Origin: Mobula hypostoma
Lineage: Eukaryota
NCBI RefSeq assembly: GCF_963921235.1
Contig: NC_086107.1
Span: forward strand, 114,764,001-114,828,000
Reading direction: 5' to 3'
Length of the DNA stretch: 64,000 bases
The position numbers were made by a program, and so were the translations under genes. Numbering within the stretch: position 1 is the stretch's first letter; every line of letters begins with the position of its first letter. Positions 48,620 to 63,109 of the stretch are shown here, one piece after another. The notes under the pieces are model-generated. The model did no database searches, was not told where the DNA came from, and saw only the letters and a list, made by a program, of their open reading frames with translations.

Positions 48620-50500
48620 TCTGATCATAACACACAGGAGCAGAATCGGTTTATACAGCACATCAAGTTTGTTCTGCCACTTCATGGCTGATCCTGGATC
48701 CCACTCAACCCCATACACCTGCCTCCTCGACCGATCAGGAAACTATACCCGGGGACTTAGTCTCCACCAGTCTATGGCAGAGTATTCCACAGATTCACTA
48801 CTCCAACAAAAAAATCCTCATCTCTGTTCTAAAAGTTTGCCCTTCAATTTTAAGGCTGTACCCTCTAGTTCTGGATACCCCCCACCATAGGAAACATCCT
48901 CTTCACATCCACCCTATCTAGTCCTTTCAACATTTGGTAGTTTTCAGTGAAATTCCCCACATTCTTCTAAATTCCAGCAAGTATGGGCCCAAGTTGCCAA
49001 ATGCTCTTTGTATGTTAATCACTTAATTCTTAGAATCATCTACGTAAACCTTCTCTGGACTCTCTCCAATGACAACACAACCTTTCTGTGATATGGGGCA
49101 CAAAACTATTGACAATATTTCAAGTATGGCCTGACCCAGTGTCTTAAAGCCTCAGCATTATCTCCTTGCTTTATATTTTATTCCCCTTGAAATAAATTTG
49201 CCTTTACTACAGACTAGTGTAGGCATGTGGCCAAGTGGTTAAGGCATTGGACTAGCTACCTGAAGGTCGTGAGTTCAAGCCCCAGCCGAGGGAATGTGTT
49301 GTGTCCTTGAGCAAGGCACTTAATCACCCAGTGCTCTGCGACGACACTGGTGCCAAGCTGTATGGGTCCTAATGCCCTTCCCTTGGACAACATTGGTGTC
49401 GTGGAGAGGGGAGACTCGCAGCATGGGCAACTGCTGGTCTTCCATACAACCTTGCCCAGGCCTGCGCCCTGGAGAGTGTAGACTTTCCAGACGCAGATCC
49501 ATGGTCTCGCAAGACTAACAGATGCCTTTACTTACCACAGACAACCTGTAAACTAATTTCCTTGGAGTCTTGCATGAGTCCCTCTCCACCTCTGATGTTT
49601 GAATCTTTTCTCCATTTAGATAATAGTCTGCACCATTGTTCCTTTTACCAAAATGCATTATCGCAACATTTCCCAACATTGTATTCCATCTGCCACTTTC
49701 TTGCCCATTCTTCCAACTTGTCCTGCTGCAATCGCATTGCTTCCTCAGCACCTACCTACCTCTCCACCTATCTTCGTGTCAGCCATCAACTTCACCACAA
49801 AGCCATCATCCATTATCCAAATCATTGACAATCAATGTAAAAAGTGGTGGTCCCATTACTGACTCCTGAGGAACAATGCTGGTCACTGGCAGCCAACCAG
49901 AAAAGGGGTCTTTTATTCCCACTTGCTGCCTCCTGCCTATCTGCTATTCCTCCATCCATGCCAATAACATCTTTCCTGTAACACCATAGGATTTTATCTT
50001 GTTAAGCAGCCTCACGTGGCACCTTATCAAATGCCTTCTGAAAATCCAAGCAAATGACATCCACTGCCTATCCTTTGTGGATCCTGCTTGATACTTCCTC
50101 GAAGGACACTAGCAGATTTGTCAGGCAAGATTTCCCTTTGCAGAAACCATACTGACTTTGGCATATTTTAACATTAGTTTCCAGGTATCCCAAAATAGAC
50201 TCCCAACACTTTCCCAACCACGGAGGTTAGGCCAACTAGCCTATAATGTCCTTTCTTTTGCTTTCTTCCCTTCTTAAAGAGTGGAGTGACATTTGCAATC
50301 TTCCAGTCCTCTGGGACCATGCCAGAATCAAGTGATTCTTGAAAGATCAGGACCAATGCATCCAATCTTCAGCAACCTGTCTCAGGACTCTGGGATGTAG
50401 TCCATCTGGTCCAGGTGACTTACCACCTTTAAGATCTTTGAGTTTGCCTAGCACTTTTTCTTTTGTAATAGCAATGGCACTCACTTCCCCCTGATATTTA
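48620..50500 (-). mobile_element. Decayed CR1 LINE with an internal SINE insertion
   Basis: PEDWKIANVTPLFKKG and MHFGKRN motifs on the minus strand. Confidence 0.85.
49215..49531 (+). mobile_element. tRNA-derived SINE
   Basis: A box TGGCCAAGTGG, B box GAGTTCAAGCC, CORE-like gtgtccttgagcaaggcacttaa. Flanking ttac(t/c)acagac duplication at 49204-49214 and 49532-49542. Confidence 0.8.
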
Positions 50501-51059
50501 CGGACTCTTCCCCCCCCCCCAAGGGTAGGGATGAGGTTTATCATGATTGACATGCAGAATGTCACTGTGTCAGCAGTCCTGCACAAAACAAATGGTTACG
50601 AATGACAATGAGAAGATGGAGCAATAGTGAAATAGTGTTCATGGACTGTTCGGGAATGTGATGGCAAAAGGAGGCTGTCCTCAAATGGTCCTCAGGTTCA
50701 GGTCCTCGGGCTCCTTTACCTCTTCCCTGATGGTAGCAACGAGTAGTGGGCATGTCTCAGATGGTGAGGGTCCTTAATGAAGCATGCCACCTTGACCATG
50801 TTCTTGGTGGTGGATTGTCCAAAACAACTGGTTTAAGCTGACAGGTTTCATGGGGGGCCCGTGGGGCAAGTTTTTTTCCAACCAAGAAGGTGTATGGATA
50901 TGGAAGGAACTGCCAGTGGATGTACAGATGTGAGCACAATTATGTTGTTTAAATCACACTTCGGCATGTTTGAGGGGTATCTGGGTCAAATGCAGGCAAA
51001 GGAGCTTATAATGGCCAGCCCAAAGGAACTGCTTACGCTCTGAAAGATGCTGGCTACTC

Positions 51060-52350
51060 ATAGAGCACTGAAGTACGAAAATAGGCCCTTTCACCCATAC
51101 TGACTGTACTGGCCTCGTTTTCTGCCTAGTGCCATCTATCTGCTCCTAGACTATATCCCTGCATACCTCCCCCATTGATCTGCCTGTCTAAACTTCCCTT
51201 AAATGTCACATTTGAACCCACATCTACCACTTTTGTTTCACACTCTGAGTGAAGGCGTTTCCCTGTTAGACTCCCCTTAAATATTTCACCTTTCACTCTA
51301 AACCTGTGACTTCTAGTTCTTGCCCACCTGAAGGGCGATCTCCTGTTAGCATTCACCCCATACATAACCCTCATGATTGTTTATACCTCTGTAAGATCTC
51401 TCCACATTCTCCTGTGCTCCAGGATGTAGGAGCAGAATTAGGCCAGTCAGCCCATTGAGTGTTCAGCCATTTAATCATGGCTGATTTATTTCCCCCCTCA
51501 AACCCATTCTTCTGCCGCCTTTTGACGCCCTTACTAATCATGTACTTATCAACCTCCGCTTTAAATATACCTAATGAGATTAGCTCTGTCAATTCCCTGA
51601 CCTGTTCATCCTTTTCTGTAACTCAGGTGCTGAAGTCTTGGCAACAGACATGTCAGTTTTCTCTGCACTCTTTCAAGCTTATTGAAAGTCCCTTCTGTTT
51701 ACACAAGTTTGAACATCGAATTTTATGCTAACGGATAACTTGCTCCCTTTGTGTTCCTTTCCCCACACCCTGCCAATCCACTCAGCCTCTCCTTCTTTTG
51801 TTCATCTTTTCTATCAATTCAGACCATAAGAAATTAGCAGAAGTAGGAAATTAGGCCCATGTGGCTGATTTAATTTCCTTCTCAACTCCATTCTCCTGCC
51901 TTTGACACCTTTATTAATAAAAAACCTATTAACCTGCCCTCTAAATATGCCCGATGACCGCCTCTACTACTGTGCAAATGAATTCCAAAGATTAAGAAAT
52001 TCCTCCTCATCTAATGAGATCCTTCTATGCTGAGGCTTTGCATTCTGGTCCTGGACCCTCCCTGTATTATTGAAAGCATCCTCTTCACATCCACTTTATC
52101 TCGACCTTTCAATATTCGATGGGTTGCAATGAGAGCCTTCCTTCCACCCCCATTCTATTAGACTCCAATGAGCCTAAAGCTGTCAAAATATTCCTCATAT
52201 GTTAATCCTTCATTTCCTGAGATCATTCTTGTAAATCTTCTCTGACTCTCCAATACCAGAACATCCTTTCTTAGATAAGGAGCCCAGAATTGCTCACGAC
52301 ACTCCGAATGTGGTGACTAAAACCTTATAAAGCCTCAACATTACATCCTT
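51060..52350 (-). mobile_element. Cluster of CR1 3' fragments
   Basis: Minus-strand CR1 C-terminal and 3' UTR motifs. Confidence 0.65.
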
Positions 52351-53580
52351 GCTTATATTTCAAGTTGCTTGGCTCTGATCATTTTATTTTCACTATGGAT
52401 GTCCAGTTCCCATACACCTCCATTCTCCACCGGGAAGGATTCAGAGTTCTTTTTATTTCTGGACTCCAGATGCAACCAGTTCTCGTCCACCACCACTGTC
52501 TTCTGTCTAGTGGAACCTGACCTCTTAATAATTTCTCCTCCAGCTCCTACCACTTCCTTCAAACAAAAGGTGTAGCCATGGGCACTCGTATGGGTCTCAT
52601 CTATGCCTGCCTGTTTGTCGGCTAAATGAAACAATCTATGTCCAAGCCTAAACTGGCATCAATCCCCAACTTGTCCTAAGTTACATCGATGACTGCATTT
52701 GTACTGATTCCTGCACCCACGTGGAGCTTGTCGACTTCATCAACTTTGCCTCTGACTTCTACCCTGCCCTTAAATTTACCTGGTCCATTTCCGACACCTC
52801 CCTTCCCTTTCTCCATCTCTGGAGACAGCTTGTCTACTGATGTCTGATATAAACCCACTGACTCTCACAGCTACCTCGACTACTTCCCACCCTGTTACCT
52901 GTGAAAATGCCAGCGCTATTCTCAATTCCTTCTACATAGAACAGTACAGCACAGTACAGGCCCTTCGGCCCACAATTTTGTGCTGACCCTTAAACCCTGC
53001 CTCCTTAACCCCCCCCACCTTAAATTCCTCCATATACCTGTCTACTTCTCTGCCACATCTGTTCTGAGGATGAGGCTTTTCATTCTAGAATGAAGGAGAT
53101 GTCTTGCTTCAAAGAAAGGGGCTCCCCTTCCTCCACCATCAATGATGCCCTTAACTGCATCTCTTCTGTTTTGCGCATGTCTGCTCTCACCCCATCCTTC
53201 CGCCGCCCCACCAGGTGTAGGGTTCCTCTTGCCCTCACCTACCACCCCACTGACCTCCGCGTCCAGCATATAATTCTTCATAATATCTGCCTTCTCCAGC
53301 GGGATCCCACCACCAAGCACATCTTTCTCTCCCTCCCCCCCCCCCAACTTTCTGCTTTCCACAGGGATCGCTCCCTACATGGCTCTTGACTCCCTTGTCC
53401 ATTAGTCCCTCCCCACTGCCTACTGATCTCCCTCCTGGCACTTATCCTTGCAAGTTGAATAAGTGCTACACCTGCCCCTACACCTCCTACATCACTACCA
53501 TTCAGGTCCCCAGACAGTCCTTCCAGGTGAGGTGACACTTCACTTGAGAGTCTGTAGGGGTCATCTTTTGCACTCGGTAG
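52350..53580 (+). mobile_element. Penelope-like element RT/GIY-YIG fragment
   Basis: HFLQTKGVAMGTRMG..YACLFVG, YIDDCI and CYTCPY. Small CR1 tail inserted at about 52936-53045. Confidence 0.8.
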
Positions 53581-54104
53581 ACTTGTAAACAGTGGCTTGT
53601 AGAAGGGGAATTGTGATACCAGATGTTCTTGCTGGCGAGTCTGCTGAATTGGACCCAGCAGGTTGTTCAGATGGTTGCTTGGGCCGCACTTGGAATATTG
53701 GGTGTAGCTCTGGCCACTAAAAGGAAGGATGTTATTGAGCTGGAGAGAGTACAGCAAGGATTCTGGAGGGCTCGAATCACGATGGGACCTTGAACAAGAA
53801 TGGACTTTTTTGGTTGGAGCAAATCATAATTTTGCAGCGGTGTATAACAGAGCAGTACAGTACGGGCCCTTCAGTGTAACCCCTCCTACATAGCCCATAA
53901 CCCTTCGTTTTTCTCACATCCTTGTGCCTGTTTAAAAATCTTATTAATCCCTCTGATCTATCAGCCTCTAATACTACACTGGACAAAAATACCACTCTTT
54001 GAAAAACAGAAAAAAATACCATTGACATCTCCTAAACTTAGCTCAGGGTGCCCTTTGGTATTAGCCATTGCAATACTGCATATAAGGCATGGGATGTCCA
54101 TGCT

Positions 54105-55240
54105 GTCAGAATCAGGTTTATTATCACTGGCATATATCATGAAATTTGTTAACTTAGCAGCAGCAGTTCAATGCAATACATAATATAGAAGAAGAAAAAG
54201 AATAAAAATAATAATTAAGAAGTAAACCAGTTACAGTATACATATATGGAATAGATTAAAATCATGCAAAAGCAGAAATAATACATATTTAAAAAGTGAG
54301 GTAGTGTTCACAGGATCAATGTCCATTTAGGGATTGGATGGCAGAGGGGAAGAAGCTGTTCTTGAATCGCTGAGTGTGTGTCTTCAGTCTTCTGTACCTC
54401 CTACCTGATGGTAACAGTGAGAAAAGGGCATGCCCTGGGTGCTGGAGATCTTTAATAATGCACCCTGCCTTTCTGAGATACCGCTCCGTGAAGATGTTCT
54501 GGGTACTTTGTAGGCTAGTATCCAAGATGGAGCCGACTAAATTTACGACCCTGTGCAGCTTCTTTCAGTGTGCAGTAGCCACCCACCCCCCCATACCAGA
54601 CAGTGATGCAGCCTGTCAGAATGTTGTCCTCGGTACATCTATAGACGTTTTTGAGTGTTTTTGTTGACGTACCAAATCTCTTCAAACTCCTAATGAAGTA
54701 TAGTCGCTGTCTTGCCTTCTTTATAACCTCATCGATAGGTTGGAACCAGGTTAGATCCTCAGAGATCTTGACACCCAGGAACTTGAAACTGCTCACTCTC
54801 TCCACTTCTGATCCCTCTATGAGGATGGGTATGTGTTCCTCCCTCTTACCCTTCCTGAAGTCCACAATCAGCTCTTTCGACTTTCTGACGTTGAGTGCAG
54901 GGTTGTTTCTGTGACACCACACCACTAGTTGGCATATCTCACTCCTCTACGCCCTCTCGTCACTATCTGAGATTCTACCAACAATGGTTGTATCATCAGC
55001 AAATGTATAGATGGTATTTGAGCTATGCTTAGCCACACAGTCATGGGTATAGAGAGAATAGAGCAGTGGGCTAAGCACACACCTCTGAGGCGCACCAGTG
55101 TTGATTGTCAGCAGGGAGAAGATATTATCACCAATCCACACAGATTGTGGTCTTCCGGCTATGAACTCGAGGATCCAATTGCAGAGGGAGGTACAGAGGC
55201 TCAGGTTCTGTAACTTCTCAATCAGGACTGTGGGAATGAT
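54105..55240 (-). mobile_element. Rex1/Babar LINE (same family as 42775-45355)
   Basis: FADD, KELIVDFRK and LLPSGRRYR motifs, with the same 3' tail. Confidence 0.85.
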
Positions 55241-56054
55241 CTATGCCTATTTTCATCTTAATTAGCTTTACTAAGGAGCCTGGTCATTGTCCATTGCTCC
55301 CAGGAAAAAAGCCCTACCTTTCCGCATAAGACGTATTCTCTAATTCAGGAAGCATCCCATTAAATCTTTCAGGGACCAGTTCTCCTTGAGAACAATTCCT
55401 TGTGCTCTCCTGGCCAACCCTTTCCAGCCCTGCCTCTTCATTCTGTACCCCCCCCCCCCCCAAATCATTCCACAGATCTGTTGCACAGTGCTGGAGTTTC
55501 AGACTTTATTCCTCTCCGCACCTGAGTCTTTGGAAAGCAGTTCCTCCATTTCAAAAATCTGGTCTTTCAAATCTTAGTTTAACCCCTTTGTCCCTCCCCA
55601 TGTCTGGGTCACCCTTCCTCTCATATATCCTTGTGTAACCCCCCCTGGAAACTGCACCTCTTCCTGTTTCTGTGGCCCTCTACCAGTCTCTGTAGCCACC
55701 CCCCCCCCCATGTTGCTGTTTGTGACAATGTAAGATCGATGTAAATCGAAGACTGTGCCCTGGGGAGCCAGTGGCTCTGTTGCCACAGTTAATTGCTGGA
55801 GTCGATAGGAGCTGAGGAGAGAGCCAGCAAAGTATGAGATTTGTTGACTTGAAATTCCTTGTAACGTGGGACCCCTTGTCAAATCCACGGTGACTCTTCC
55901 ATCTCCCACTGTGGTGTGGGGGGGGGTACAAGTCCTGACTGCCCACTGCCCTGTTGAAGGTGGGGAGTTGTTGAAGATGTACTGTTCTGCTAGTAAAGTA
56001 GAACTTAGAACAGTACAGCACGGTACAGAGTCCTTCGGTCCACAATGTTAAACC

Positions 56055-58810
56055 ATAAGATATAGGAGCAGAAGTAGGCTTTTCGGCCCTTCGAGTCTTC
56101 TCTGCCATTCAATCATGGGCTGATCCAATTCTTCTAGTCATCTCCACTCCCCTGCTTTCACCCCATACCCTTTGATGCCCTGGCTAATCAAGAACCTATT
56201 TATCTCTGCCTTAAATACACCCAATGACTTGGCCTCCACAGCTGCCTGTGGCAACAAATTCCACAGATCTCAGTTCTAAAAGGACGTCCTTCAATTCTGA
56301 AGTCATACCCTCTTGTCCTAGAATCCTGTACCATAGGAAATAACTTTGCCATATCTAATCTGCTTATGCCTTTTAACATTTGGAATGTTTCTTTGAGGTC
56401 CCCCCTCATTCTCCTGACCTCCAGGGAATATAGCCCAGGAGTTGCCAGATGTTCCTTATAAGGTAACCCTTTCATTCCTGGAATCTTCTCTGAACCCCCT
56501 CCAATGTCAGTACATCCTTTCTAAAATAAGGAGCCCAAAACTGCACACAATACTCCCAAGTGTGGTCTCATGGGTGCCTTAAAGAGCCTCAACATCGCAT
56601 CCCTGCTCTTATATTCTGTACCTCTAGAAATGAATGTCAACATTGCATTCACCTTCTTCATAACCATCTCAACCTGGAGGTTAACCTTTAGGGTATCTTG
56701 CACAAGGACTCCCAAGTCCCTTTGCATCTCTGCATTTTGAATTCTCTCCCCATCTAAATAATAGCCTGCCTGTTTATTTCTTCCACTAAAGTGCATGACC
56801 GGACACTTTCCAACATTGTATTTCACTTGCCACTTCTTTGCCCACTCCCCTAAACTATCTACGTCTCTCTGCAGGCTCTCTGTTTCCTCAACACTACCCA
56901 CTCCTCCACCTATCTTTCTATCATAGGCAAATTTAGCCACAAATCCATTAATACCGTAGTCCAAATTATCAACATACATCGTAAAAAGCAGCGGTCCCAA
57001 CACTGACCCCTGTGGAACTCCACTGGTAACCAGCAGCCGGCCAGAATAGGATCCCTTTATTCCCACTCTCTGTTTTCTGCTGACCAGCCAATGCTCCACC
57101 TACGCTAATAACTTCCCTGTAGTTCCATGGGCTCTTTTCTTGCTAAGCAGCCTCATGTGCAGCATCTTGTCAAAGGTCTTCTGAAAATCCAAGTTACACC
57201 AGGTCTACTGCATCTCCTTTGTCTACCCTGCTTGTAATTTCCTCAAAAGAATTGCAGTATGTTTGTCAGGCAGGATTTTCCTTTCATGAAACTAGGCTGG
57301 CTTTGCCTATCTTGTCATGTACTTCCAGGTACTCTGTAATCTCATCCCTAACAGTCGATTCCAGCAACTTCTCAACCATTGATGTCAGGCTAACAGGTCT
57401 ATAGTTTCCTTTCTGCTGCCTCCCACCCTTCTTAAATAGCGGAGTAACATTTGCAATTTTCCAGTCATTCGGTACAATGCCAGAATATATCGATTCTTGA
57501 AAGATCATCATTAATGCCTCCGCAATCTCCCCAGCTACTCCGTTCAGATCCCGAGGGTGCATTCCATCAGGTACAGGAGATTTATCCGCCCTCAGACCAT
57601 TAAGCTTCTTTAGCACCTTCTCAGTCATAATTTTCACTGCACAAACTTCACTTCCCTGACACTCTGAATGTCCAGTATACTGCAGATGTCTTCCACTGTA
57701 AAGACTGATGTAAAATACGCATTCATTTCCTCTGCTATCTCTGCATCTCTCATTGTGATATCTCCAGCGACATTTTGTATTGGTCCTATATCTACTCCTG
57801 ACTCTCTTTTACCCTTTATATACTTAAAAAAAGCTTTTACTGCCTTCTTTGATATTAGTGGCCCGCTTCCTTTCATAATTCATCTTTTCCTTCTGAATGA
57901 CTTTCTTAGTTCCTTCTGCAACTTTTTAAAGGCTCCCCAATTCTCTATCTTCCCACTAGGTCTAGTTTCCTTGTATGCCCTCTCTTTTGCTTTTACTTTA
58001 ACTCTGACTTCACTTGTCAGCCACGGTGGTGTCCTTCTTCCCTTTGAAAATTTCTTCATATTTGGAATATATCTGTCTTGCACTTCCCTCATTTTTTTGC
58101 AGAAACTCCAGCCATTGCTGCTCTGCTGTCCTTCCTGCTAGTGTCCCTTTCCAGTCAACTTCGGCCATTTCCCTTCTCATGCCATCGTAATTTCCTTTAT
58201 TCCACTGAAATATTGACACATTGGATTTTATTTTTTCCCTCTCAAATTTCAATGTGAACTTGATGATGTTGTGATCACTGTTCCCTAAGTCTTCATTAAC
58301 CTTAAGCTCTCTTATCACCTCCGGAACATAACATTACACAACACCCAATCCAGCACAGCTGGACCCCTAGTGGGCTCAACAAGCTGTTCTAAAAAGCCAT
58401 CCCTTAGACATTCTACAAATGATCTCTCTTGAGGTCCGGTACTGACCTGGTTTTCCCAGTCCACTTTCGTGTTAAAATCCCCAACAATTATTGTGACACG
58501 CCTTTTCTCTCTCCTGCTGTAATTTGTAATCCACATCCCGGCTGCTGCTTGGAGGCCTGTATACAACTGCCATTAGGGTCCTTTTACCCTTGTCATTTTT
58601 TAACTCAACCCATAGAGACTCTACACCTTCCAATCCTATGTCGTCTCTTTCCAATGATTTAATATTATTTCTTATACACAGAGCCACACCACCCCCTCTG
58701 CCTACTAACCTATCTTTCCGAAACACCGCATATCCGTGGATGTTGAGCTCCCAATGGCAGCCATCCTTTGGCCAAGTTTCAGAGATGGCCACAACATCAT
58801 ACTTGTAGCT
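56055..58810 (-). mobile_element. CR1 ORF2, near complete, decayed
   Basis: APE (ISETW..., VVYRPP, GDFN, SDHN) and RT motifs. Confidence 0.9.
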
Positions 58811-59856
58811 GACTTTCAAGATCGTGTTTCCCTTCCATGCAGCTCTTCATTTTTCTTTCATCTATGTTCCTATCTCTGAGTCTGTAAATATATCAGCCTT
58901 TGTAGAGTTTGGCAGTGTGGTCCATCCACTTAACACTCTGTTTAAAAAAGAAATCAACCCCTGACATGCCAAGTTATACTTCCCTCTAATCACCTTTATA
59001 GAAAAAGGGCCTCTTATCAGCTTGTACACCTGTTAAAGTTACCTCTTTTCCTCCATTGCTCCAAAGAGAAAAGCCCTAGCTCATCCAACCTTCCTTAATC
59101 AGATATGTTCTCTAATCCAGGCAGCATCCTGGTAAGTGTCCTCTACCTCTTTAAGGCTCCCAAACCCTAGAATGAGGTGACCACAACTGAACACAATTTT
59201 CTGAAGTGCGGTCTCATCAAGAGTTCATGGAGCTGCAACATTACCTTGCGACTCTTGAACTCAGTCCCTCAACTGATGAAGGCCAACACACCATACGCCT
59301 TCTTAACCATCCTATCAAATTGGCTGGATCTGTGGACGTGGACCCCAAGATCTTCCTGTTTCTCACTGCTAAGATTCCTGTATTAACGTATACTGTGCCT
59401 TTGTTTGACCTTCCAAAGTGAATCACTTCTCACTTTTCCTGATTGAACTCTTATCTGCAACTTCTCAGCCCAGTTCTGCATCTTACGATGTCCTGTTGTA
59501 ACCTTCTACAACCTTCTACACTATCCACAACACCTTCAAGCTTTGTGTCATCTGCAAACTTACTAAACCCACCATGCACTTTCTCATCCAATTCATTTAT
59601 AGAAATCACAAAGAGCAGCGGTCTCAAAACAGATCCGTGTGGAACACCAATGGTCACTGAACATGGAACTCCTGCCCAGTGTTGTGCTGAATTTAGAAAT
59701 CAAATGCCCAGCTGAACTTTGTCTACACAATATCCACATCCTTTGATTTTCTGCACATTCATGTGCCTATGCAAGAGCCTCTTGAATTCCTTAGTTATAC
59801 TTGTTTTCACCACCACCTCTGGCAGTGCATTCCAGGCTCCCGCTGCCCTGTGTATG

Positions 59857-60561
59857 TGTACCCCCCCCCCCCCCGGCCAACCTCAGGGTCGCTCGGCTCG
59901 CTGTCGTCTAGGGAAACGGCCCTCTGCCCCGCCAAACTGGGTAATTAGTTTGTGTGGATGCTGTGTGATGTACTCCACCCCGCCCAAATAACAGACAATA
60001 CACCAGATACGATTAAATGATTTACAGTTTATAGATATTACTGGAACTATATAATTAATAGAGAATAAAATATAAAAGGAAAATAAAAGGCGCCACATTA
60101 ACAAAGTTCATTCTCTTCGTGCACAAACAGTTGGAGCTCGGGACCCTTCTATTTCACCCTGCGACCCCTTGGACCACCTCAACCGACCACCTGGGACCAA
60201 CAACGGTGGTCGACTAGACGCTCCACACGAGTCCGTCTCTGTCTCTGTCTCCTCTCCTCGCTGAATGCCCTGCTCGGGGTCCGACCCCGTTAGCGGACAT
60301 CACAACACCTGGTCCATCCTCTGTCTCTCCCGCCTTCTGCCTCAAAACCCCACGCATACAGTATCTCCAAACACACCAAAAACGTATCAACTATCCCAAT
60401 TGGTTCGTAACATATTCTTATCGCACTCCTAATCCAAAACAAGCTGCTAGCGCAAAACCTTTCTCAGCGTTTAACATAAAGAAGCATTCCCAAGTATAAC
60501 ATAACAAAGAAGCCATTTTAATTAGCCTACGTGGTAACATAAGAGACGAAACCCCCTTACA
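59857..60561 (-). mobile_element. Probable solo LTR (705 bp)
   Basis: TGTA...TACA termini. Interrupts a CR1 3' fragment. Flanks tatg/tata. Confidence 0.6.
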
Positions 60562-61022
60562 TATATAAAAAAAACAACTTGCCCTGCATATTTACTTTGA
60601 ACTTATAAACCTCTATCTGGTCTCCCCTCCACCTCTGTTGCTCCGGAGAACACAGCCCAAGTTTGTCTGACTTCTTACAGCTCGTGCCCTCTAATCGAGC
60701 AGCATCCTGGTGAACCTCCTCTTCACCCTCTCCAAAGCCCCCCACACCTTTTCTCTAACAGACCTCCAGAACTGCACAGAATACTCCAGATGTGACCTCA
60801 TTAACATTTCATAAAGCTGCAAAACGATCTCCTTACTCTTGAACTCAGTTTTGCAACTGATAAATACAACAGATTATGCTTTATTAATTTCTTTTGCTTT
60901 CTTTAGCACCCTATCCACCGGGGATGGGGTGGTGTCTATTGCTGTACCTACTGAACCTGTCCTAAAGAGGTGGTCAGCGTAACCACTGCCTGCTGGCGCA
61001 GTGGGTAAAGCCAGAAACCTAT

Positions 61023-61126
61023 ATTCAAGCAACACACATCAAAGTTGCTGGTGAACGCAGCAGGCCAGGCAGCATCTCTAGGAAGAGGTACAGTCGACGT
61101 TTTGGGCCGAGACCCTTCGTTAGGAC
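61023..61126 (-). mobile_element. Penelope 3' tail with mutated hammerhead core
   Basis: Same sequence as about 3977-4090. Core reads CTAACGA...CAAAAC. Confidence 0.75.
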
Positions 61127-61659
61127 GGAAACCTGTAATCAATCCCTACCTCCAGTTTTGTCTTGAGGAATCTGCGCCCTCTCCCTTTGAACGGGTGGGT
61201 TTCTTCCTCCTCATTCCCGTCTCAGTGAAAGATGGGTTAATCAGTCACTGTAACTTGCCCCCACCTTGTGTGTGGCTGTGGGGTTGAACTGAGGGTAGAG
61301 GGTAAGTTGATGGGTATACAGGTTTGAGGTAAATGTGTGGTCAGTACTGACTCAATGGGCCAAAGGGTCAGTTTCTGTATTGTTCCTTTCTAACTGAGCA
61401 CGTAACCCAGGTGTGCAAGGTAGGGAGGGAGGAGGGAGTAGGCTCTTCACTGCTGCTACCTTGTCCACCCTTCCTGTACTGCCCGGTTTATTATTGCCAT
61501 GTGTACTGAGCAACAGTGTAAAGCTCTTGTTTCGTTTGTGTGCCAGCCAGACAGATAATTTCAAAACACTAGTACATTCAGGCTATACAAAGGGAAAGGC
61601 AAAAACAAAATGCAGAATGAAGTATCAGAGGGGAAGGGCAGTGTAGGCAGACACTGGGC

Positions 61660-62245
61660 CATAACAAGGTTGACCACCCATTGAGTTCACTTCCCAATTC
61701 CACAATGGCATTGCTGTCCATGGCCACCTTTATTGCCTTGGTGAAGCCACTCACAAGCTGGAGGAGCAACACCTTGTATTCTCTCTGAATAGTTTCCAAT
61801 ATAAACATCGATTTCTCTTTACTGCTGTTAACTTATTCTCTCTGGTTTTTACCACTGTCACCTTTCATATTTCTCCACCATTCTAGTGGCCCTCTCGTCC
61901 CTCTCTTCCCCTCCTTCCTGCCTATCATCTTCCTCTGGTTCCCACCTTCCCTTCCCACTGTCCTCTCCTGTCATTCCTTCTTTGAGCCATTACCTCTTCC
62001 ACATCATATCCCAGCTTCTCATATTTTACCCCCTCTTCCCCCCTCACCTAGTCTCATCTATCACTTGCCATGTGGTACTCCCCCTACCTTCTTATTCTGG
62101 CTTCTGCTCCTTCCTTTCCAGTCCTGGTGAAGGATTTCAGCTTGAAAAATAGTCTTGTTTATTTCCCCTCCATGCCCGCTCTGCTGAGTTCCTTCTTTGT
62201 CTTATGTGTGTGGCTCGGGATTTCTAGCATCTGCAGAATCTCTGG
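61660..62245 (+). mobile_element. Old Penelope 3' end
   Basis: LEEQHL motif, pyrimidine-rich UTR and degenerate cctggtgaagg...tgaaa core. Confidence 0.6.
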
Positions 62246-63109
62246 GGTGATGCTTCAGGTTCTTATATCCTTGGTCAGAGCTCGGCTGGAGGTTGATGCA
62301 GTTCTGGATGTTGCTCTACAGGAAGGGTATGATGGCCTTGGAGAGGGAGGATGAACCAAAATCATAAACTGGTAGAGCACAGAAATGGGCCTTTCTGCCT
62401 TCTGTTTTTACTTATCATGATGCCAAATACCATTTCTTATTGATGCACCATAGAATCATGGAAACTAGTGTCCTCTCCATCCACTGTCTACACTTCCTGC
62501 TGACTCAGTAGGCAGCCGGCATAATCAAAGACCCAGACATTCTCTCTTCACCCCTCTCCCATCAGGCAGAAGATACAAACGCCTGAAAGCGTGCGTCTGT
62601 CCCACTGATATCAAAGGTCTGGAACAGACACTCAGTACGATGAGATGGAGGTTTGATTTCTCAGATGACCTCATTATGATCTTGTTGTTTATTGTTTACA
62701 CTCTCTGTAGCTATTACACTTTGTTCTGCATTCTTCGGTTCTACCTTAATACACCAATGAATTGATTTCCTTGACAGAATGCATGACAAACTTTTGACTG
62801 TACCTTGGTACAGCTGAAGATAATAAACCAATCTTACATCTTTCCATTCTCTGTTTGGTTATTTGCATATTTAATTGACTATTGTATCTGCTTCCCATTA
62901 TAGTCTGTTCCAGACACCAACCACAGGCCCCTCTCTCATTCTAAACCTCTGCCCTCTAGTATTTCATATTTTCACCCTGAAGAAACAGGCTGTAATTATC
63001 TGACTCATCTATATATAAGTTTCTGTCAGGCCTCCTCAGAGCGATTGGGGGGGTGGGGGAGAGGGAAGTACATAGGAAGGGAGGGTGAAATGATCATGTG
63101 GAGAGAGGA

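Noticed and set aside
49221..49290. tRNA gene
   Set aside because: The A/B boxes continue into a SINE body with a TSD. It is a SINE head.
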